Shown here: positions 18,753-26,501 of the stretch, piece after piece
Layout: every line of letters starts with the position of its first letter
How positions within the stretch are numbered: position 1 is the first letter of the stretch
DNA from: Burkholderiales bacterium
Lineage (GTDB): Bacteria > Pseudomonadota > Gammaproteobacteria > Burkholderiales > SG8-39
Assembly (NCBI GenBank): GCA_035519135.1
Contig: DATIWX010000135.1
Coordinates: forward strand, 1,459-65,458
DNA: 64,000 bases
Direction: 5' to 3'
Notes under the pieces: generated by a model
What the model saw: only the letters and a program-made list of their open reading frames with translations
Told to the model about the DNA's origin: nothing
Database searches by the model: none
Translations under genes and position numbers: made by a program

Positions 18753-19378
18753 ATGGCCCTGATCCGAGCCGAAGGCTTGTTCAAGACTTACCGCACCGGT
18801 GAAGTCGATGTACCGGCGGTGAAGGGCGTCGATTTCGCGATCGAGGCGAGATCGTTCGTCGCCTTCGTCGGCCCTTCGGGAAGCGACGCGAGCGGCCAGG
18901 CGACGATAGACACCCGCGACGCGACGAGCTGGCTCGCGGGTCTTCGCTATCTCACGGGGGGCGAGACGACCCACATCGCCGAGGTCTACCGCAACGGCAC
19001 GGGGTACTCGACCGCCGAATCCGACCTCTTCTATCAGCTGGTCGACACGCCTTCGCGACCGGCAACGCCGCTCTCCAGCAGAAAGCGCTCTTGCTCGGGC
19101 AAGCCAGCTACGGCCGGCCGAACCCGGGGCAGGATTACATCTACATCCGCGCGCAGCAGAAGGACGCGCTCGGCATCGTCTACTTCCAGCCCGCGATCTT
19201 CGCGATCATGAACTGGCAGGACCGCAGCTACCAGGTGAGGCCCGAGCTGCAGTACACCGGAATCAACAACCTCGAGCTGCGCTTCCGAGCCTTCCTTCTG
19301 ATCGGCGGCAAATCCACAGACTTCGGCGAGAAGCAGAATTCGAGGAAGCTGGAGCTCTATGCGCGCTACTACTTCTGA
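18753..19378 (+). pseudogene. chimeric remnant: ABC-transporter ATPase N-terminus (cut inside Walker A) joined to the frameshifted 3' part of a beta-barrel outer membrane protein gene
   Basis: aa 1-44 read MALIRAEGLFKTYRTGEVDVPAVKGVDFAIEARSFVAFVGPSGS, and the Walker A GKS/T is missing. The frame then turns into OMP-like sequence (..WLAGLRYLTGGETTHIAEVYRNGTGYS..). A frame change near 19045-19050 leads into ORF 19091..19378, which ends ..LELYARYYF, a typical OMP C-terminal Phe. Confidence 0.55.
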
Positions 19379-19391
19379 GGCGCCAACACGG

Positions 19392-20567
19392 CTACAGCCG
19401 GGCGAGTCCGCGCTTGAGAAGGTGGTATGCGGCGAGGCCGACGACGAACGCGACGCCGATGTTCCACACCGCGCATGCGGCGGTGACGAGACTCACGAAG
19501 CGGTCGTTCTTTCCTTGTCCCAGGTCGCAGGAACCGAGCGCTAGCTGGGCGCCCGTAAGGAACAGGATCACGCCCAGGATCGGGGTCGGAAAGATCTTGA
19601 ACAAGGTCTGCACCGAGCCGCTGAAGAACAGCGCGACGACCACGAGGATCGTTCCCAGGATGATCGGCGCGCCGCCCGTCTTTGCGCCGAAGCGCACGTG
19701 GCCCGCCATGCCGCCGGCGCCGTGACACATGGGCACCGAGCCAATCATCGGCCCGAGAAGGTTCATGATGCCGGTCGAAATCGCGACCTTCTTCTCCGTC
19801 ACCGGGCGCTCCGGAAAGAGACGGTTATTCTCCTCCGTGATGGCGATGACCGCGTTCCCTAGGGTGAGGGGCACCTGCGGCAGCGCGAGGAAGACCGCTC
19901 CGATCGCGAGTTCCCGCCAGGTCATGCCGTTCAGGGCGAACGACGGCGCTTTGAAATCGACGTTGATCGTCGCGAGCTCGTTGAGCAGCGCCGGATCCCG
20001 CGCGACGGCCGCGGACGCGCCGGCGAGCAGCAACAGGAACATCACGGGTACCGCGCGATTGGCGAGCAGCAGCATGGTGCCGAGCAGCGCCGCTCCGCCG
20101 AGCAGCCACCCGTCGGCGATCATTTTGACGCCGCCGAGCATGAAACTGAAGCCGAGGCCCAGCACGATGCCGACGGCGACCGGCCGGCTCACGAGCTCGG
20201 CCACCTTCTTGGCGGCGCCGGTGATGCCAAGCACGAACCAGATGATGCCGGTGACGACACCCGCGCCGTATACGGCGTTGGGCGTGATCGTGATCGTCTG
20301 CGCCGCCTGGGTGGTCGCTATCGCTCCGATCGCCTTCATGGGCTGGATCGGGAAGGGTGTCTTGTAGTACAGCCCCGAGACGATCAGCGCGGCGCCGAAG
20401 GCGAGCAGGACTCCATGCGGGTCCATCTTCAGCAGGCTGATGTAGGCGACTACGAAGGGGATGAGTGTCCCGAGATCGCCGAACGCGCCCGCCCACTCCG
20501 TGCGGTCGAAGCGATTGCCCTTGAACGGAAGCGGCTGCTCCAACGCCCGCTGGTCGCGCGTGCTCAT
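19392..20567 (-). CDS. putative sulfate/molybdate transporter family membrane protein
   Basis: 391 aa with the N-terminal motif ..FDRTEWAGAFGDLGTLIPFVVAYI.. and multiple TM segments. Its start overlaps the kinase stop (ATGA). Confidence 0.7.
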   Translation of the reverse strand: MSTRDQRALEQPLPFKGNRFDRTEWAGAFGDLGTLIPFVVAYISLLKMDPHGVLLAFGAALIVSGLYYKTPFPIQPMKAIGAIATTQAAQTITITPNAVYGAGVVTGIIWFVLGITGAAKKVAELVSRPVAVGIVLGLGFSFMLGGVKMIADGWLLGGAALLGTMLLLANRAVPVMFLLLLAGASAAVARDPALLNELATINVDFKAPSFALNGMTWRELAIGAVFLALPQVPLTLGNAVIAITEENNRLFPERPVTEKKVAISTGIMNLLGPMIGSVPMCHGAGGMAGHVRFGAKTGGAPIILGTILVVVALFFSGSVQTLFKIFPTPILGVILFLTGAQLALGSCDLGQGKNDRFVSLVTAACAVWNIGVAFVVGLAAYHLLKRGLARL

Positions 20568-21976
20568 CGCCTGGGCAGCGTCAGCACGGCCTCGAGCCCG
20601 CCGTCTTCCATGTTGCGCACGATCAATGTGCCTCCATGCAGCTGGGCAACGTTCCTCGCGATACTTAGGCCCAGGCCCGTGCCTCCCGTGTCCCGGCCGC
20701 GCGATCCCTCGATGCGATAGAACGGCTCGAATACGCGCTCGAGCTCTCCTTCCGGGATCCCAGGTCCCCGGTCGCGAACGCGGATGACGAGCCGCTCCGT
20801 AGCGTCCTCCACCGACAGGGTCGCCGACTTACCGTACTTGAGCGCATTATCGATGAGATTGCCCAGGCAGCGCTTCAGCGCCTGCGGCCGGCCCTCGAAA
20901 GGTCTCGCGGTGCTGCCCTCGAGCGTGACCTGCCCGCCCAGCACCGCGGCGTCCCCCTGCAGGCTCTCCAGCAACGCGGTTACGTCCACCGGCTGCACCC
21001 GCTCCGCGGTTTCTCCGCCGCGCATGAATTCGAGCGCGGCCAGGACCATAGCCTCCATCTCCTCCACGTCCTGCGAGATCTTCTTCTTCAGCTCTCCGTC
21101 CTCGAGCAGCTCGGCGCGCAGCCGCAGGCGCGTCACCGGCGTCTTCAGATCGTGCGACATCGCGGCGAGCGTCGCCGAGCGCTCGCGGAGGGTGCGGGCG
21201 AGGCGCGACTGCATCGTATTGAATGCGCGCGCGGCGCGCGCGACCTCGAGCGGCCCCTTCTCCGGGATGGGCGCGCGGTCGAGGTTCCTGCCGAGCTCGT
21301 CGGCGGCATCGGCCAGCGCGTTGAGCGGCCGCGTCGCCCATCGTACCGCCACGAGCGAGACGGCGATGACCGCGGCAAAAAGCACTGCGAGGCTGAGAAG
21401 CAGCCGGTAAGGCCAGCCCGAAGCCTCGGCGGACTGTCGCGAATCGAAGGTGACGAGGGTGCCGTCGGAGAGGCTCAGCTGGGCGACGAAAGAGATGCCC
21501 GGCTCGGCTCCGAAGCGCATCGCCGCACCCGGCATCATCCAGGGTGCGTGCCCGGCGGGCCCCATGAAACCCGGCTTCGGAAATGCCGCGGGAGGAAACG
21601 CCTGCCCGGCTCTCACCGCCACCGCGGCCGTCCGCCCGTCGCCGAGGAATCGCCGCAGCATGGCGCCGAACAAGGCCGCGCGTGCGCTGTCTCCGGTGTC
21701 GATCTCCTGTGTTCGGAGAGGGCCCCGATCGAGACTGATGGTGAGCGGCGGCGCGCTGAAGACCCGCACGATCCTGCGGCGCTCGGCCGGATCGAGCGGC
21801 TCGAGCAGCTTCACGATGTCGGCGATGCGCTGCGCGGCCTGCATGCCGCTCGCCTGCGACAGCGCCTCGCCGCGCTCGTGCATGTGGATCGCGAAGCTCA
21901 GGAGCTGCGCAACGACGAGGCCGCCGAGGAGGACGAGCACCAGGCGGCCGAAGAGCGAGCGCGGCGCGAAGCGCAT
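20564..21976 (-). CDS. EnvZ-type sensor histidine kinase
   Basis: 470 aa from MRFAPRSLFGRLVLVLLGG.. It has a HAMP domain, the H-box MSHDLKTPVTRL, DRGPGIP, and GTGLGLSIA. The start overlaps the regulator stop by 1 nt (TGATG). Confidence 0.85.
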   Translation of the reverse strand: MRFAPRSLFGRLVLVLLGGLVVAQLLSFAIHMHERGEALSQASGMQAAQRIADIVKLLEPLDPAERRRIVRVFSAPPLTISLDRGPLRTQEIDTGDSARAALFGAMLRRFLGDGRTAAVAVRAGQAFPPAAFPKPGFMGPAGHAPWMMPGAAMRFGAEPGISFVAQLSLSDGTLVTFDSRQSAEASGWPYRLLLSLAVLFAAVIAVSLVAVRWATRPLNALADAADELGRNLDRAPIPEKGPLEVARAARAFNTMQSRLARTLRERSATLAAMSHDLKTPVTRLRLRAELLEDGELKKKISQDVEEMEAMVLAALEFMRGGETAERVQPVDVTALLESLQGDAAVLGGQVTLEGSTARPFEGRPQALKRCLGNLIDNALKYGKSATLSVEDATERLVIRVRDRGPGIPEGELERVFEPFYRIEGSRGRDTGGTGLGLSIARNVAQLHGGTLIVRNMEDGGLEAVLTLPRR

Positions 21977-22689
21977 CAGGCCGCCTCGACCTTCGCCGCC
22001 AGCACGTAGCCCTCGCCGCGCACCGTCTTGATGATGCGCGGCTCGCGCGCGTCCTCGCGAAGCCGCTGGCGAAGGCGGCTCACCTGTACGTCGATCGCCC
22101 GGTCGAACGGCCCGGCCTCGCGCGAGATCATGAGGTCGATCAGCTGGTCGCGGGTCAGCACGCGGTCGGGGTGAGCGAGAAAGATCCGCAGCAGCTTGAA
22201 TTCGGTGCCGCTCAAGGGCACCACGACGCCGTCGGGCGCGGTGAGGTTGCGCGTGGCGACGTCGAGCGTCCAGCCGGCGAAATGGAGGGATCTCACGGTC
22301 TCGGGCTCGAGGTTGTCGGGCAGGGAGCGCGAACGCCTCAGTACGCTCTTGATCCGGGCGAGCAGCTCGCGCGGGTTGAAGGGCTTGGCGAGATAGTCGT
22401 CGGCGCCCATCTCCAGTCCGACGATGCGGTCGGTCTCCTCGCCGCGCGCGGTGAGCATGATGACCGGCACGTTCGAGCGGCTGCGCAGGTCGCGGCACAG
22501 CTCGAGTCCGTCGACGCCCGGGAGCATCAGGTCGAGGACGACGAGGTCGGGCCGCGCGGTCTCGAGCGTGCCGCGCATGGCCTTGCCGTCGGCTGCGGTC
22601 GTGACGCGATAGCCCTGCTTGTGCAAATACTCGCTCAGGAGGCTGCGCGTCTCGGCGTCGTCGTCGACGATCAGGATGTGGTCTTGCAT
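21976..22689 (-). CDS. OmpR/PhoB-family response regulator
   Basis: 237 aa from MQDHILIVDDDAETRSLL.. It has a receiver domain and a winged-helix C-terminus (..RGEGYVL..). Confidence 0.9.
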   Translation of the reverse strand: MQDHILIVDDDAETRSLLSEYLHKQGYRVTTAADGKAMRGTLETARPDLVVLDLMLPGVDGLELCRDLRSRSNVPVIMLTARGEETDRIVGLEMGADDYLAKPFNPRELLARIKSVLRRSRSLPDNLEPETVRSLHFAGWTLDVATRNLTAPDGVVVPLSGTEFKLLRIFLAHPDRVLTRDQLIDLMISREAGPFDRAIDVQVSRLRQRLREDAREPRIIKTVRGEGYVLAAKVEAA

Positions 22690-22875
22690 GGCGATAGCCG
22701 GCATCTTCCGCCGTACGGGGCGCTTCCGGCCCCAAAAATTGTAACGCAGTGTATCGGCGGCGCCGGCGAAAGGCTGCGATACAAGAAACCCCGTTTCCGA
22801 CATCGTGGGCTTACAACCGCCTGCTTCAATGGGTACGGCAGGAAAGAGCCTGCTTCAACCCACAAGGAGTCAAAC

Positions 22876-23232
22876 GTGAAAACAGCATATCGAGTGACGG
22901 TCGCCGCGGTGTTGGGTCTCGGTTTCGTGGCGGTCGCTATTGCGCATCCGGGTCAAATGGGCGGCGCGATGGGCCCGGGCATGATGGGCGGCATGGGCCA
23001 CGGCGCGATGGGCCCTGCAGCCATGGGCGGACAGCAGTTGATGACCCCCGAAGAGCACACCGCGCTCGCGGAGAAGATGCGCAACGCCAAGACGCCCGAG
23101 GAGCGCCAGAAGATCGCCGAGGCGAACCGCGCGGAAATGGAGAAGCGCGCAAAGGAGAAGGGCATCACCCTCCCCGGCCCTCACGGTCCCGGCATGGGAT
23201 TCGGTCCGGGATTCCAGGCGCAGACCCATTGA
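22876..23232 (+). CDS. secreted Gly/Met/His-rich small protein
   Basis: GTG start with AAGGAG 7 nt upstream. It has a signal peptide followed by HPGQMGGAMGPGMMGGMGHGAMGPAAMGG. Confidence 0.6.
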   Translation: MKTAYRVTVAAVLGLGFVAVAIAHPGQMGGAMGPGMMGGMGHGAMGPAAMGGQQLMTPEEHTALAEKMRNAKTPEERQKIAEANRAEMEKRAKEKGITLPGPHGPGMGFGPGFQAQTH

Positions 23233-23254
23233 CCCGGCCGAGAGGAGCGAAACG

Positions 23255-23743
23255 ATGAAGTGGGTCATGGCAATCGCGGCCGGCGCTGTGCTTTGTGCGT
23301 CGGCCGCTTTCGGGGCGGAACCGAGCTCGAAGACGTCGCGTCAGGATGAGGTGGCCCTCAAAGGCGCCACGGTAATGCCGTTCGACCTGATGCGCACGAC
23401 GCATTTCTTCGACGACACTCCGGGCGGCGGAATCGAGACGATCACGGCGAACGACAAGAAAGACGCGCGGCAGATCGCTCTGATCCGGTCGCATCTGGCG
23501 CAGGAGGCAAGGCGCTTCGCGCGCGGAGACTTCTCCGATCCGGCGAAGATCCACGGTCAGGACATGCCGGGCCTCGACGCGCTGGCGCGCGCCGGCGACA
23601 AGCTTCAGGTGAAGTACAGGAACTTGCCCGCCGGGGCGAGCCTCAGCTACGCGAGCGCGGATGCGGCGGTGATCGCCGCCGTTCACGCCTGGTTTGCAGC
23701 GCAGCGCTCCGACCATGCCGCGCACTCCCATGTGCACCCATAA
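23255..23743 (+). CDS. periplasmic protein of unknown function with a His-rich C-terminus
   Basis: 162 aa with a signal peptide (..CASAAFGAEP). It ends ..SDHAAHSHVHP. Its layout resembles the next gene. Confidence 0.6.
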   Translation: MKWVMAIAAGAVLCASAAFGAEPSSKTSRQDEVALKGATVMPFDLMRTTHFFDDTPGGGIETITANDKKDARQIALIRSHLAQEARRFARGDFSDPAKIHGQDMPGLDALARAGDKLQVKYRNLPAGASLSYASADAAVIAAVHAWFAAQRSDHAAHSHVHP

Positions 23744-23758
23744 AGAAAGGCATCGATC

Positions 23759-24346
23759 ATGAAACGCTCGAGCAAGATTGCAATTGGAGTGGCCGCCGCG
23801 CTGGGGCTCGGCGCAGCCGTCGCCGTTTTCGCCCACCCCGGCGGAATGGGACCGGGAATGATGGGGCCGGGAATGGGGCCCGGAATGGGCGGCCCGATGG
23901 GCCACATGCAGGGCGACGCATCGTTCGCCGACGACATGCGCCTCGTACACGCCATGCTCTTCGATCACGACAAGATCAAGCGCAGCGTCAGCAATCTGCC
24001 CGACGGCATCCGTACCGTCACCGAGTCGGACGACCCCGGGGTGGCGCGCGCCATCAAAGCCCACGTCGCGAGCATGGAAAAACGGTTGAGCGACGGAAAG
24101 ATCTTCAATCTCTTCAGCCCCACGCTCCCCGTGCTTTTCGAGAACAGGGACACTATCAAGACCGCGGTTGAGATGACCGACAAGGGCTCCATCGTCACGC
24201 AGACCTCCGGCGACGCGAAGACGGTCGCCGCGCTTCAGGCACACGCTGTTGAGGTCAGCGAGCTTGCCCGCGACGGCATGTCGGCGATGATGCGTGCCGC
24301 GAGGGCGAGCAGGGGGCAAGCGGCGTTCGAGCCGGAGCACCGTTGA
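23759..24346 (+). CDS. periplasmic protein of unknown function with an N-terminal Gly/Met/Pro repeat
   Basis: 195 aa with a signal peptide, then HPGGMGPGMMGPGMGPGMGGPMGHMQG. Confidence 0.6.
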   Translation: MKRSSKIAIGVAAALGLGAAVAVFAHPGGMGPGMMGPGMGPGMGGPMGHMQGDASFADDMRLVHAMLFDHDKIKRSVSNLPDGIRTVTESDDPGVARAIKAHVASMEKRLSDGKIFNLFSPTLPVLFENRDTIKTAVEMTDKGSIVTQTSGDAKTVAALQAHAVEVSELARDGMSAMMRAARASRGQAAFEPEHR

Positions 24347-24356
24347 TCTGGATCAA
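24343..24356. promoter_or_regulatory. FNR/FixK-type box TTGATCTGGATCAA (perfect)
   Basis: It overlaps the TGA stop of the upstream gene. Its centre is 65.5 bp upstream of the ATG at 24415. Confidence 0.65.
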
Positions 24357-24414
24357 TAAGGGCGGCGCTCGTTACACCAAAATTCATTCGAGTATTCTTG
24401 AGAGAGGCACACGT

Positions 24415-24960
24415 ATGAAAACCCGGATATGGAAAGCAGGACTGCTTGCACTCGGTCTCGTCGGCGCGGTGGCGGCGGCGTTTGCGCAGGGGCCCGGCGG
24501 CGGCGGGCCCGGTTACGGTCCGGGCTACGGCCCAGGCTACGGCCCTGGCCCGGGAATGGGCGGCTATGGCGGCCCGGGAATGATGGGCGGCTACGGCCCC
24601 GGCTATGGCCGCGGCGGGCGCGGGTTCGGCCCGGGCGGCGGGCTCGCCGCGCTCGACCTGAGTGCCGAGCAGCGCGACAAGATCGCCGCGATCCAGGAAG
24701 AAAACCGTCGCAAGAACTGGGACGCGATGGGGCAGGTGCGCGCCGAGCAGTTCAAGCTGCGCCAGATGTTCAACGCGGACAAGATCGACTCGAACGCGGT
24801 CGCCGAGCAGCAGAAGAAAGTCGACGAGCTGAGGCGGCAGATGCTGAAGTCGCGCGTCGATGCGCGCAACCAGGTCGCCGCGATACTCACGCCCGAGCAG
24901 CGCAAGCAGTTCCGGCAATTCGGCCCGTGGTGGCTGCGCGAGGAAGAGGGCGGCGATTGA
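24415..24960 (+). CDS. Spy/CpxP-family (LTXXQ motif) periplasmic protein with a Gly/Pro/Tyr low-complexity N-terminal region
   Basis: It has a signal peptide, then (GPGY)n. LTXXQ-like motifs LSAEQRDKI and LTPEQRKQF are present. Confidence 0.7.
   Translation: MKTRIWKAGLLALGLVGAVAAAFAQGPGGGGPGYGPGYGPGYGPGPGMGGYGGPGMMGGYGPGYGRGGRGFGPGGGLAALDLSAEQRDKIAAIQEENRRKNWDAMGQVRAEQFKLRQMFNADKIDSNAVAEQQKKVDELRRQMLKSRVDARNQVAAILTPEQRKQFRQFGPWWLREEEGGD
24490..24643 (+). repeat. imperfect tandem codon repeat encoding (G-P-G-Y/M)n
   Basis: Reiterated ggc-ccg-ggc-tac-type 12-nt units read directly from the sequence. They encode GPGGGGPGYGPGYGPGYGPGPGMGGYGGPGMMGGYGPGYGRGGRGFGPGGG. Confidence 0.7.
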
Positions 24961-24978
24961 GCCGCCCCCCGGCCGGGG

Positions 24979-26094
24979 CTAGGGCCGCTTCGAGTCGTCG
25001 AACTTGGCGTCCAGGGCCTTGATCGAGTCCATCAGCAGCTGCACCGCGTACTTGGTGTTGTGCATGCCCCGGCTGCCGTCTTCCTTGACGAACTTCCAGT
25101 TGTAGAGCGCCCCGACGACCTCGACCGGGTACTGGGTCTTGTTGCGGATGAACACGCCCTTGGCGTCGTAGAGCGGGTCCTTCATCGTCTGCAGCAGGCC
25201 CGTGCCCTGCTTGTTGATGATCCGCTCGAGCAGGCCCTGGACCTCCTCCTGGATGGTTTCGACCTTGCCGTCGCCGTCGAAGTCGGCCGCGGCCGCGCGG
25301 TCGAAAACTTCCTTGCCCGCGGCCTGCTTCATCTCCGTGTGGCAGCCCGAGGCGAGGCAGCCCGCGTTGTTCAGCTTGGGCGCCTCGTGAACCTCGCCAC
25401 CGATGCGCATGCTGTGCCCGCCGATGGTGGGCATGAGCGCGTAGCGCTGCTTCGGCTGCGTCATGTGGCAGGTGACGCAGGTCGCCTCGGGCAGCATCGC
25501 GTGCGGCGACTTGGAATAGCTCTTTCCCGGAAACTCGTAGGCGTTGACGCCGGTCAGCATGTCCGCCTGCGGCCCGTGGTGCGCGCCCCAGAAATCGAAG
25601 GGGATCGAGCGCGGCTTCACCTCGTCCTTGGGCAGGAACAGGGCGCGGTGGCAATTGGCGCACAGATTGCCCTTGCCCCGGTCGAAGACGGCGCCGTTGG
25701 CGAGGGTGACCGCGCTGGTCTTGCGCAGCGAGAAATCGCCCGTGTCGTGGGGAGCGTGACAGGTGAAGCAGCCGATTTCGGAAGGGTTGGCGACGATCGC
25801 CTTCGGGTCGACCGCGCCCTTCTTCACGAACTCGATGAAGCCCTCATTGGTGTGGCATCGCTGGCAGCCTTCGCTGTTCGAGTAGGAGGCGTGGCCGCCG
25901 GTGCGGTGCACCGAGGTCAGATACTGGCTGCGGGCGCCGCGAACGGGGAATTTCGGCTCCGAGCCGTGACAATCGGCGCAGCCCTTCGGAAAGGCGGCCG
26001 GCTTGGATGCCGCCTTCGATTGAGCGAGTACCCCCAGGGGAAGCAGCGCGCCCGAAAGAAGCAGCAGCCCGAGAAGCTTGCGTGTTGGGACCAT
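24979..26094 (-). CDS. periplasmic multihaem c-type cytochrome (5 CxxCH plus one Cx4CH)
   Basis: 371 aa from MVPTRKLLGLLLL.. Haem motifs are CADCH, CQRCH, CFTCH, CANCH, CVTCH and CLASGCH. Confidence 0.8.
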   Translation of the reverse strand: MVPTRKLLGLLLLSGALLPLGVLAQSKAASKPAAFPKGCADCHGSEPKFPVRGARSQYLTSVHRTGGHASYSNSEGCQRCHTNEGFIEFVKKGAVDPKAIVANPSEIGCFTCHAPHDTGDFSLRKTSAVTLANGAVFDRGKGNLCANCHRALFLPKDEVKPRSIPFDFWGAHHGPQADMLTGVNAYEFPGKSYSKSPHAMLPEATCVTCHMTQPKQRYALMPTIGGHSMRIGGEVHEAPKLNNAGCLASGCHTEMKQAAGKEVFDRAAAADFDGDGKVETIQEEVQGLLERIINKQGTGLLQTMKDPLYDAKGVFIRNKTQYPVEVVGALYNWKFVKEDGSRGMHNTKYAVQLLMDSIKALDAKFDDSKRP

Positions 26095-26114
26095 GGAGGC
26101 ACCTCGATAGGAGA

Positions 26115-26405
26115 CTATTGTTTGAGCACGTACTGGATCAATGCCTTCGCTTCGGCATCGGACAGCGCGACCTTCGGATGACCCTTGGCGTTCTTGAGCA
26201 TGGCGATCAATTGCGCCTCGGCGTTGCTGTTGCCCTTGTTCTTCGTCGCGATCTCGTTGAACGACGCCCCCATCTTCTTCTGGTTGATCGCGTGACAGTT
26301 GAGACAGCCCTTGGACTTGGCCAGCTCCGCACCCGACTGCGCCTGCGCCGTCGCGGCGAGCGCGAAGCACCCGGCGATCACAGCCATACCGATCAGCTTT
26401 CTCAT
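26115..26405 (-). CDS. small monohaem class I cytochrome c (c551/c552-like)
   Basis: 96 aa with a signal peptide, the motif CLNCH and a distal Met region. Confidence 0.8.
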   Translation of the reverse strand: MRKLIGMAVIAGCFALAATAQAQSGAELAKSKGCLNCHAINQKKMGASFNEIATKNKGNSNAEAQLIAMLKNAKGHPKVALSDAEAKALIQYVLKQ

Positions 26406-26475
26406 CCGTACCTCGCTGGGGTTGGTTCTTTCAGGGAAAGCCCGTCCCTAATATGATATACGGGCACCCGGCGTT

Positions 26476-26489
26476 TTGATCTGGATCAA
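26476..26489. promoter_or_regulatory. FNR/FixK-type box TTGATCTGGATCAA (perfect) in a divergent intergenic region
   Basis: Its centre is 77.5 bp upstream of the cytochrome c ATG (26405). An AT-rich stretch taatatgatata (26449-26460) lies at the expected -10 position for the minus strand. Confidence 0.65.
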
Positions 26490-26501
26490 AGAAAGTTCTT
26501 A

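Noticed and set aside
20564-22735. A 723-aa ORF that appears to fuse the histidine kinase to an N-terminal extension; similarly the 699-aa version of the monooxygenase ORF (6228..8327)
   Set aside because: The extensions are Arg/Pro-rich and overlap the real response regulator gene, or, for the monooxygenase, the upstream mini-ORFs. Internal ATGs at 21976 and 7988 give proteins with canonical N-termini and coupled start/stop overlaps.
24964-24979. The palindrome CCCCGGCCGGGG between convergent genes as a Rho-independent terminator
   Set aside because: Only about 4 bp of stem can form once a minimal loop is allowed, and there is no U-tract. It is too weak to call. The hairpins at 45168..45189 and 55204..55218 are similar.
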